Source: Vicugna vicugna (taxonomy: Eukaryota). Taken from it: DNA of 64,000 bases. The DNA lies in assembly GCA_013265495.1 (NCBI GenBank), contig MU058844.1, forward strand, positions 8,677,490 to 8,741,489, read 5' to 3'. Both the position numbers and the translations under genes were made by a program. Shown here one piece after another: positions 23,777 to 35,047 of this stretch; position 1 is the first letter of the stretch, and each line of letters opens with the position of its first letter. Under the pieces are notes generated by a model. The model searched no databases. It saw nothing but the letters and a program-made list of their open reading frames with translations, and had not been told where the DNA came from.

Positions 23777-26569
23777 TTCACTATTTCAAATTAATTCTTT
23801 TTAGAGTAGAATATGATCTGTCCCAGGTTTAGCAACACATTTACATATTTTAGCTTCTAATCATTTTTCTTAAGTTGTATACAGTTTTCTTACGAAAAAA
23901 AAATCTATTTTAGACCTTGATTTCATAATGAAAAACTAATTATTATTCCATAGAATAACTGACAAATTTGATGTTGCAAATTCACTCAATAAAAATACAC
24001 TCTTGAAAGAATTTATTTGTCAAGATACTGTAAACAGATTTTATTCCAATTGTTTTTCTCTGTCCTCACATGTCCTTTATAGGAAAAGGACATAGTGCTA
24101 TAAGTGTTTCAGATTTGTCTGTACATTTGTTTCAGAATTTTGTTAAATATGACAAGGAAGTTGATCTTAAGAAGTACTATAAATGGTGCACATTATTCTA
24201 TAGAGAGGAAATATCTCATTTAAGTCATATGCCTGCTTATCCTATAAATAATTCACAGATATCTTTGGCCAGCTTAAAATAGAGTTCTGCTAACTCACAA
24301 ACTAAAAGTGGAAATTGTAAGAAAATAACAAAATGAGCAATTCTTGTTGCATAATATTAATGGCAGATTATTGCAAAGTTTATTTTAATTTTTGACTGAT
24401 TTTCATTATGGGTTATATTCTACATATTTTGGATGGGCTCTTTAGAATATTTAGTTTACAAAAATGATACCACACTTACAGTAGTGCTTGCTTCTAGTTA
24501 ATAAAGGTGTATTTGTTTACCTGGAAAATTATCCAAGATTCTTAGGTTTTATTAGGCTAGCATTTATAAACTTATATATTATTTTCTATATGTTTATATA
24601 AAAGATGCTATTATATAAGACATTTTGAGAATCTTTTCAATATTGTTTTTAGAGTCAGGTTTATGAGTAGTGAAAGAACTAGCTTGATGAATTTTAACTC
24701 TGAATCACTCCATTTCATTGGTTTTTACATTTTTATAAGCATTGGGAAAACCATATATAGATGTATAGATTATATCTATATATGAATAAATATGTATATA
24801 TATCTTAAAACTCACTTAACTAACTAAAAACATCATTAGACTTCTTCAGCAATCACAAACAGTTTTATTTGTGATCTTGATTTTTTTTCCTGGTGAACTA
24901 GACAAAGTGAGAAGGTGAAGTTATAAGACTTTTAAAAATAGAATTAAAATTGCTACATTGAGTTTTTAATTTGAACTCAATCATCATTGGTGACTATAAT
25001 TTATGTCATATTTAAAATATTTTACAGTACCTTTTTAAATTGTTTTTGAGTCAGATTTATGAGTGATAAAATAATTAGCTCATCATTAGACTTCATATAT
25101 AATGGAAATGTAGTTGAAATCATACCTGGATTTTTAGAGTCAAGATAGCACTCTGAAATATTAGTCTGGTAACACTGCGCTGCATGTAAATGTGAACAAA
25201 GAAAAGTTCAAACACCAAAGAAAAAAAAGAAAAAAAAAGTTTCTTTTCATACATTGAATTAATGTTTCCATCATATTCTACTAATTTGTGTTATACCCTG
25301 CCTTGAGGGAATAGTGGGGAAAACACATTAGGGAACACAGTCATACATGTAAAAATTACCTGACATTATAATATAAATGTAGCCCAGGTCAGAATCCATT
25401 CATCAGTTGTACCATTTCAACCTACCATTGGTCTTAAAAGACATGAATTAGCTACAGGCATGATCTATTGATTTCTATTGTCCAGAAAGAAAGTAAAATA
25501 TTTCACTTGAGCCAGTGCACCAATAGTGAAGTTATTTTTTGGATAACTGCACATTACGCATCCTGGTTTGGGTAGGAAATCAACTGAAGTATGATATCAA
25601 ATCAGTTGTTGATCTCTTTCTGCTGCAGTAAAGTCAATACCATGACATTCCCGCTTTTGTTTTTCCTCATATTTTAATTTTGTCTCTGTGAGAGTAGTCC
25701 TATTAGAGTATGCTGGATTTTCTCTTTTTTGTTTCTCTACCCCCTAGATTCACCACAGCTGGTAAGCAGGAAACAGAGAGTATCTAAGTAATCAGTAAAA
25801 AATATGAGTGCCATAGAATGAGAGATAAACTCCATCAAACTAGGAAACTTGCCATATCTATGTTGCTCCCAGGGGCCCAGAAGTCTGCAGCATGTCAGGG
25901 TACTCTCTTTTAATAAAAAGACACATTTCTATACTTAATACAACTCTTTGAATGTTGGTGGTATCTGAGGCCACATTTGACTCACTGAGTAACCCACAAG
26001 CTTTGAGTGGGATCCATCAGAAAAGGTCTCTGTAGAAAGTGTATGTTGGGGCACCCACTATCCTGTCTTTTATCTGGGTCCCCTGTTGGACTCAGAAGAT
26101 CTGATAATAATCAAATAGCTGGGGCAGACATTGCCTCATTTATAAAAGCGTCTGTATCTTGCATTTATATAAGTATGTAAGCTAGCGTAAATATTCGGAA
26201 AAGGCATAAATAAACAATAAAAATGTTGGTTGAGTGTAGAATAAAAGGCATAAAACTAGAAATGAATTTGCCTTGTTTTTTATACTGTGAGCTTACCATG
26301 AGGCATATCCATGAATAAAACTAACTTCCAATTAGTTAATTAGCTCATAGGGTAACTAAGAAATTGTTAATTATTAGTTATAAGCAAAAATTTTGTCATT
26401 CATTCACAAGTCTTTTCATCAGTACATGTTGATAATTGAAACATTCTTTGTGACAGAGATTTCAAATATCAACATTTTTAATACTTCACTCATGCCACTG
26501 AATTATTTGTTGTGATTTTCATTGTGAGCTGGGAGGTAGTTTGATATAATAATTAAAAATTTAGGCTTT

Positions 26570-27235
26570 AAAAAATGAACACAGTGAAGCAAATAAAAAC
26601 ACATAGATACAGGGAATAGATTAGTGGTTACCAGAGGGGAAGGGTAGGAAGGAGGGCAAAATGGTAAAGGGGGTCATCTATATGGTGAAGGATGGAAGGA
26701 AACTAAACTTTGGTGGTGTACACTCTGTAGTGTATACAGAAACCAAATATAATGTACAGGTGAAATTTATACAATGATATATATGTTGGATATTAGTTCA
26801 AATACTGCTCAGACATAAAATAGAATGACATTTTGCCATTTGCAGCAGTATGGATGGATCAGGATGCTATTATGCTTAGTGAAATAAGTCAGACAGAGAA
26901 AGACAAATACTGTATGATATTACTTATATGTGGAATCTAGAGCATACAATAAACTTGTGAATAAAACCAAAAAGAAGCAGACTCACAGATACAGAGAACA
27001 AACTAGTGTTTACCAGTCGTATAAAATAAGTACAGGGCTATACCATATAGTAGGAGGAATACAGCCAATATTTTACAATAACTACAAATGGAGTATAAAC
27101 TTTAAAAATTGTGAATCACTATACTGTACTCCATAACTTACATAATATCGTACAACTATACTTCAATAGAAAAATGTATAAAATGTTCTAAATTGATGTT
27201 ACCTCACTAATGAAAAATAAATAAACAAATTTTTA
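26570..27235 (+). mobile_element. Two nested L1 3' UTR fragments (inner copy about 26782-27171)
   Basis: The outer tail (acacatagatacagggaatagattagtggttaccagagggg...) is interrupted by a second L1 tail. Degenerate TSD aaatttatacaatgatata (26763-26781) / aaatgtataaaatgttcta (27172-27190). Confidence 0.8.
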
Positions 27236-27304
27236 AAAAGAACATCCCTTAGTAGCCCATTTTACAAAAAAAAAAGAATGAGACTTTTTAATTAAACTAT
27301 ATAT

Positions 27305-27480
27305 ATTCAAATGTTAGCTGTGCCACTTTTAAGTTTTGTGGCCTTTAGTAGGTTAAGTTCTCCTCAATTTTCTCCCATGTAGAGTGGGAATAATAATGGT
27401 ACATGATCAGAGGTTGATGTAAGGTTTAGAGATAGAACATGTAAAGTGCTGGCCACAAAGAAAAGCTTCAATAAATTTCA
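27305..27480 (+). mobile_element. MIR SINE
   Basis: gctgtgccacttttaagttttgtggcctttagtagg...cctcaattttctcccatgtagagtgggaataataatggtac...gtaaagtgctgg. Confidence 0.7.
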
Positions 27481-28954
27481 AATATTAACATTCAGGAGAC
27501 TATATATCAGCTTCTTCAACTGTAAAATTTAAAGTCCTTTACAGCCTTAAAATGGTAGATTGCTGTTATTTTAGGTTATATCAATGTAAAGTGAAGTAGA
27601 CATTTAGTCAGTTATTCAGTGAACAGAGAAAAGGACCACTATATCATGAAGGTTCATGAACAAATTGTAAGGACCTGTTTTAGATTAATGACACACTGAA
27701 TAATTACTCATTTTTCAACTGTAAGAAGTCAATCTCTTTAAACCATCTTTTAAAAGCATGTAGTTATGCCACAGATATAGTGAAGTTGTATGCTAAATTG
27801 TCTTAGCTCCCAGTTACCTCAACCTTCTCTTCCAAATTATATTTTTTCTTGTCTCCCTTACATTAAGGATTTAGCAATTAGAACAAAGCATGAATACAGT
27901 TAGCAACTTAATTTAGGCTGAAATCATATTTTCATCTTGTGCTTGGTGAAAAGACTTAACTTCATCCTTTTCTAAAACATCTTCATTCTCTCTTTATCAG
28001 TACTGTCAAAGTAAATATTTGTTAAAGGTGATAATACTTAAGGAAATACAAGTGCATTTTTTCTTTCAATAGAAGAGTGAAAAATACCCACCCCCCCAAA
28101 AAAAGAACTTTATTGGCATCTGCAGCTACAGAGGGTATCACAGCTGAAAATAATTGGGTAATTGTTTTGTCAGTTTAGAGATCATACACAGAACTGTAGC
28201 CTTTGCTTCATTTCACTCCATGTCTTGAATTGATAGAGTGAGCTACTGGGGACAATTTTGGTTTCAAAATACGCTGTGGAATTTATCCATCAAAATCAAT
28301 ATCTCTAAAAAATGTGTGCATGATGAATGAAATGTTCTGCCTCTGGTGATGACCTCCACAATTCTCAACTCTTTTTCGGTGAAGTACAAGGTAGTTATGG
28401 TAAAATAAACTTGCATTAGGCTGTCCACTGTTTTCTTCAACTTGTCAACTGATTTCTCATATTTGGATTTTACTGCCTGAACTGAAATTGGCTTATTGAT
28501 TGTGATACATCTCTCTGTGCTTTTTTTGGTAATTGTTAGCCCGAGAATGTGGTTTACACATTAAATGCTAAATAGTTTGTGTGCACTATTGTGGGAGACA
28601 TCGAAGATGACCCAAGAATAAAATGCATGGTATATAATAGAATATTAATAACCTTCATGGAATGAATAACACTGCAACTAGCAAATTGTATTGAAACCTT
28701 TATAATTAAAAATGGCCTTATAGTCACAGACATTCATAATTCCAAAATCGCTCAAATATTATTATCCAAACTCTGAAAGACAGTAATGTGTTTATTAATG
28801 GTGAATGAGAACACCACAAATACACTGTTGGAAAGTTGACAGCAGTAAGACTTCTGGCCCCTTCTCTCTAATGCTCTGCTACTCCTAAATTTAGACCAGC
28901 TCTCACAAACATAAATGCCTGGTAGAACTGTGCTGTTAAGATAAGCAGGTAAAG

Positions 28955-31900
28955 GTAGATATTTTCAGAGCATTACACCCCCCAAAAATAGGATATAAAT
29001 TCTTTTCAAGTGCACATGGAACATTTTCTAGGATTGATCATGTACTTGGGCACAAAAGAAGCCTCAAGAATTTTAAGAAGACAGAAATTATCTCAAGCAT
29101 CTTTACTGACCACAATGCCATGAAACTAGAAATCAACTACAGAGAAACAAAGGAGAAAAAAAAAGGAAAGCAGGGAGATTAAACAACATGCCATTAAAAA
29201 ACCAATGGGTCAATGAGGAAATCAAAATTGAAATTAAAAAATACCTTGAGACAAATGAAAATCAATACACAACCACACAAAACTTATGGGACGCAGAAAA
29301 GGCAGTGCTAAGAGGGAAGTTTATAGAGATACAGGCCTTCCTCAAAAAAAGAAGAACAATCTCAAATAAACAATCTAACCCACCAGCTAAGAGAACTAGA
29401 AAAAGAAGAGCAAAAACACCCAAAGGTTAGCAGAAGAAAGGAAAGTATAAAGACCAGGGAGGAAATAAATAAAATAGAGGTTTAAAAAACAATACAAAAA
29501 ATCAAAAGCTGGTTTTCTGAAAGAGTAAATAAAATCGATAAAACTGGCCAAACTCACAAAGAACAAAAAAGAGAGAGCACAAATAAGCAAAATAAGAAAA
29601 GAAAATGGAGAAATTACAACAAATAACATAGAAATACAGAATATCATACAAGAATATTATGAAAAACTATATGGAACCAAAATGGATAACCTAGAGGAGA
29701 TGGACAAGTTTCTGGAAACATACAGTCCACCAAGACTGAATCAAGAAGAAACTGACCACTTGAACAAACCCATCACTAGAAATGAAATCGAATTAGCAAT
29801 AAAAAACCTTCCCACAAATAAAAGTCCAGGACCGGATGGCTTCACTGTGGAATTCTACCAAACATACAAAGAAGAACTCATACCAGTCCTCCACAAACTC
29901 TAACAGAAGATTGAAAAAGAGGGAATATTCCCAAACTCATTCTATGAAGTCACCATCACCCTGATACCAAGACCAGGCAAAGACACCACCAAAAAAGAGA
30001 ATTACAGACCAATATCACTGATGAACATAGATGCAAAAATCCGTACCAAAATACTAGCAAATAGAATCCAACAGCACATAAAAAAGATTACACATCATGA
30101 CCAAGTGGGGTTCATACCAGGGACACAAGGATGATTCAACATATGCAAATCAGTCAATGTAATATATCACATCAACAAGAGAAAGGACAAAAACCACATG
30201 ATCATCTCAATAGATGCATAAAAAGCTTTTGATAAAATTCAACACTCATTTATGATAAAAACTCTCACCAAAGTAGGTATAGAGGGAACATATCTCAACA
30301 TAATAAAAGCTATATATGACAAACCTACAGCCAGCATAGTACTCATGGTCAAAAACTCACAAGCTTCCCACTAAAATCTGGGATAAGACAAGGATGCCCA
30401 CTATCACCACTCCCATTCAATGTAGTCTTGGAAGTCCTAGACACAACAATAAAGCAAGAGAGAGAAATAAAAGGGATCCAAATTGGAAAAGAAGAGGTAA
30501 AAGTGTCACTATACACAGATGACATGATATTATATATAGAAAACCCTAAAAGGTCCACACAAAAACTACTAGAAATAATCAAAGAATTCAGCAAGGTAGC
30601 AGGTTACAAGATTTACGTTAAAAAATCAGTTGCATTTCTTTACACTAATGATGAATCAACAGAAAAAGATAGTAAAGAAACAATCCCCTTTAAAATAGCA
30701 CCCAAAGTAATTCAATACCTAGGAGTAAATCTAACCAAGGAGGTGAAAGACTTATACATGGAAAACTATAAAACACTGATGAAGGAAATTAAAGAAGACG
30801 TAAAAAAAAGAAAGATATCCATGCTCTTGGATTGGAAGAATCAATATTGTTAAAATGGTCATACTGCCCAAGGCAATCTACAGATTTAAAGCAATCCCTA
30901 TCAAATTACCCAGGACATATCTCACAGAACTAGAACAAATCATAATAAAATTTATATGGAACGACAAAGACCTACAATTGCCAAAGCATTACTGAAGAAA
31001 AAGAAAGAGGCTGGAGAAATAACTCTCCCAGACTTCAGACAATACTACATCAGTCATCAATACAGTCATCAAGACAGCATGGTACTGGTACAAAAACAGA
31101 AATATGGACCAATGGAACAGAATACAGAGCCCAGAAATGAACCCACAAACTTTGGGTCAACTAATCTTCAAAAAAGGAGGCAAGAATATACAATGGAATA
31201 AAGACAGTCTCTTCAGCAAATGGTGTTGGGAAAACTGGACAGCAGCATGTCAATCAGTGAAGCTAGAACACTCCCTTACACCATACACAAACATCAACTC
31301 AAAATGGATCAAAGACTTAAACATAAGACAAGATACAATAACTCTCTTAGAAGAAAATATAGGCAAAACATTATTTGACATACATCTCAAAAATGTTCTT
31401 CTAGAACAGTCTACCCAAGCAATAGAAATAAAAGCAAGAATAAACAAATGGGACCTAATGAAACTTACAAGCTTCTGCACAGCAAAGGAAACCATAAGGA
31501 AAACAAAATGACAACCTACAGAATGGGAGAAAATTTTTGCAAATGAAACCGACAAAGGATTGTTCTCCAGAATATATAAGCAGCTCACAAGATTTAATAA
31601 GAAAAAACAAACAACCCAATCCAAAAATGGGCAGAAGACCTAAACAAGCAATTCTCCAAGGAGGAAATACAAATGATCAATAGAACATGAAAAAATGATC
31701 AATATCACTAATTATTAGAGAAATGCAATTCAAAACTATGATGAGGTATCACCTCACACCAGTCAGAATAGCCATCATTCAAAAGTCCACAAATGACAAA
31801 TGCTGGAGAGGCTGTGGAGAAAAGGGAACCCTCCTACACTGCTGGTGGGAATGCAGTTTGGTGCAGCCACTGTGGAAAACAGTATGGAGATTCCTCAAAA

Positions 31901-32545
31901 GACTAGGAATAGACTTACCATATAATGCAGGAATCCCACTCTTGGACATATATCTGGAAGGAACCCTACTTCAAAATGACACCTGCACCCCAATGTTCAT
32001 AGCAGCACTATTTACAATAGCCAAAACATGGAAACAGCCTAAATGTCCATCAGCAGATGACAGGATAAAGAAGAGGTGGTATATTTATACAATGGAATAC
32101 TACTCAGCCATAAAAACCGACAACATAATGCCATTTGCAGCAACATGGATGTTCCTGGAGAATGTCATTCTAAGTGAAGTAAGCCAGAAAGAGAAAGAAG
32201 AATACCATATGAGACTGCTAATATGTGGAATTTAAAAAACAAAAACAAAACAAAACATAAATGCAAAACAGAAACCGACTCACAGACATAGAACACAAAC
32301 TTGTGGTTGCCTAGGGGGTGGGGGTGGAAAGGGACAGGCTGGGATTTCAAAATGTAGAATAGATAAACAAGATTATACAGTATAACACAGGGAAATACAT
32401 ACAAGATACTATGGTAGCTCACAGCAAAAAAAAATGTGACAATGAATATATGTACGTTCATGTATAACTGAAAAATTGTGCTGTATACTGGAATTTGACA
32501 CAACATTGTAAAATTACTATAACTCAATAAAAAATGTTAAAAAAA
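28955..32545 (+). mobile_element. Relatively young L1, 5'-truncated (about 3.6 kb), disrupted ORF2 (EN C-terminal half, RT, C-terminal domain) plus 3' UTR
   Basis: EN motif DIFRALHP..GYKFFSSAHGTFSRIDHVLGHK at the start; [55 protein letters not shown] zinc knuckle; tail ctcaataaaaaatgttaaaaaaa. Several stops and frameshifts. Confidence 0.97.
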
Positions 32546-32599
32546 TCATTCAGACAATCTTTATTTCACATTGACTATCTTTCAACTTATAATTCATGC

Positions 32600-33162
32600 A
32601 ATTACTTATATTTTCACAACTTGGTTTAGACTGTATCTTCATTCTGTCTCACCAGTAGCATCTGCTGTCTGCCTTCCATCTCCAGTAACTCAAGTATATG
32701 CTCTACAACACCACACTAGTCTTCTAAATAACCAAACTGATTACATCACTTCCTGTTGAAAATGTCTTTAGTTTTCCTTCTTACTTGACGCAAACATTTT
32801 ACTTTCCAATACCATCCTTTACCTCTGGCCTCACTGCAACAGCCCATGAATGTCTCACTGAGCTCTTTCTGTCTCTCAAGATTTTTATGGACTAACATCT
32901 ATCTCTTAATACCTCTCACTCCTGAAATTTTACTTAGGCTGTAAATCCTTCCTTTAAAATCAACTGTTTGTCATCCAGGACCCAGGTTTTACCTAGATAG
33001 CACTTCTCACGCTGTATTGCAATTTTCAGTGTGTGTGTATGTTTCCGGAACTTGGCTTTCAGGACAAGGAAAAATTCTTGTTTACATCTTCAGCAAAACC
33101 TAACAATATCTAGTACTCAAGAGGTGTTCAATTAATGTGTGTGTAGAAACAAATGAATAAAT
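32600..33162 (+). mobile_element. L2 LINE remnant
   Basis: tcttctaaataaccaaactgattacatcacttcctgttgaaa...cctaacaatatctagtactcaagaggtgttcaattaatgtgtg...aaatgaataaatg. Confidence 0.65.
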
Positions 33163-33608
33163 GTGCTAGCACTGTGGTAAAATTAAAATTCTAACATGTG
33201 CACATTAAAACATGGTAAATGTTTCCTGTAAGTTTTCATGTAGCAAAGATTGCTTTCAACAAGTGTGGAAGTATAGATAAAAATGAAAAAAACGCACTGA
33301 GAGTTCTCAAAAGAAATGTTTCCTCTATTTCCATGTCAGCAGAGATTAGTCTCTACATGTATCTACCATTGTTTCTTAGCCTTGACCAAAATGCCTTCCA
33401 TATCTGCGGTTCTTTTATGACTTGTTACTTTTGTGTAACATTATCACATGCTTTTCATTAAACTGTCCTTGAAATTAGAATGTTTTAAAATAACTGAACT
33501 CTTTTACTGTGTGCTTCTGAGATAACAGAATTTTCTATGATATCCTGCATCTGGGTCTCAATTACACCTCAAAAGACAAAACCAAAAAAGCACAATAAAC
33601 TTCCACTT

Positions 33609-33664
33609 GGTGCGTGAATGTGTGTGTGTGTGTGTGTGTGCGCGCGCCCGCGTGTGTGTGTGTA
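33609..33664. repeat. (TG)n-(CG)n-(TG)n microsatellite
   Basis: tgtgtgtgtgtgtgtgtgtgtgcgcgcgcccgcgtgtgtgtgtgta. Confidence 0.95.
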
Positions 33665-34439
33665 CTGTGGGCTAAAGCTACTGACCTGAAAATTCAGTGT
33701 GGTATTCTAGGACATATATTATTATCTATGCCTTCATAAAATCTTTTTTTGCTGAATGTAGAATATTGCTATTGCTTGTCTTTGTCATGATTCTGCTCTA
33801 TTATTGTAACAACTCTTAAATAAAATTCTGTTAAAATTGATTATAAAACTGATGGAGGAACAAAATCATTTTCTACTTTTTTGAATAAAGGCAATGATGT
33901 ATATTTAGGGAATAGCATAAAACTATTTTTTAATTTTTGTTTTTTTCTGGTCTCTTTAAAAACATCCATATTTTTATTAAATCACAGTTTTAAAACAAAA
34001 ATGTTTGCATTTCTTATTGCTAAATTATTTTAATGTCTGTTCTTTTCCATTTCTTTGGTGTACTACAAAGTTTTAAACCTGTTCTCTGTGATTTCTGTGT
34101 TCACCAGAGAATTCAAATTATGAATGGAAGCTTTAGTGTCAGATCTAGTTAGAATAACATCTCTATCTTGATTAAGACACTTAACTTTTTGAAGCTGTAG
34201 AGAAAATAAGACTAATACTAGAACCTATGTCCTAGAATTGGGAAGATTAAATAAGAAAATGCATTTAAAACAGACAGCACATAATGAGCATTCAATAAAT
34301 GTCAGCTGTTGGAATAATGATGCGATCAGTGATGATGAGGCTGTTTTCTCAGTGTCCACTTACAAAGTGACACCTTTGCAATCCAGCTTCTGCCTACATT
34401 CCTTCATATATATAACAATTGCTGCCTATAATGATAACC

Positions 34440-35045
34440 ATTCATCACATCACTCAATAAGATCTTCTAATGTGCACCAAGCACTCTTCTAGTAGATGGA
34501 GATACAGCAGTATATGAACAGACAAAAATCCCAGTCTTTCTAAAGCTTACATTTGGGTTGAGAGGCAATAGATTATATGAAAATAAAAAATGCATTATGT
34601 TGTATTTTAGGTGCCAAGAAGGAAAAAATAAAGCAGGAATGAAGTAGTCCGGGATTCAAAGATGGTGGAGTAGAAGGACGCATTGCTCACCGTCTTCCAC
34701 AAATACAACAAAAACTGCATTTACATGCGGTACAATTCACACAAAATACCTACTGAACTTTGGTAGAATATCTCTTACTATTGGAACTATGAAGTAAATT
34801 CTCATAAAACCGGGAAAGGGGGAAGAAAAGAAAAAGGAATGAAGTAAAGATACATAGGAAGCAATGGTAACATTTTAAATAGGGCAATCACAGAACTCTT
34901 ACTAAGAAGTTGATATTTGAACAAAGACAAAACAAGATGAGAAAACACTTGTGTCAGTTTTGTAGGAAAGAGCATTTCAGGTACAGGGCAAATGTTTACC
35001 ATGTGTGACGATCAGAATAAGGTCAGAGAGTTATAGGGGTCCAGA
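34440..35045 (-). mobile_element. L2 remnant (split by the 34647-34834 insertion)
   Basis: taatgtgcaccaagcactcttctagtagatggagatacagcagtatatgaacagacaaaaatccc... resumes as acattttaaatagggcaatcacagaa...ggaaagagcatttcaggtacagggcaaa. Confidence 0.75.
34647..34834 (+). mobile_element. L1 5'-end-only insertion with exact 12-bp TSD
   Basis: Begins gtccgggattcaaagatggtggagtagaaggacg, like an L1 5' terminus with a YY1 AAGATGG core, and ends in a purine-rich run. aggaatgaagta occurs at both 34635-34646 and 34835-34846. Confidence 0.75.
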
Positions 35046-35047
35046 TG

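Noticed and set aside
28320..28360. ATGATGA / GTGATGA box C-like pair
   Set aside because: No suitably placed D box or terminal stem.
29188..32235. Series of ORFs with endonuclease, reverse transcriptase and zinc-knuckle motifs as a possible novel RT system
   Set aside because: These are fragments of ordinary LINE-1 ORF2 broken by stops and frameshifts, with no ORF1 or promoter.
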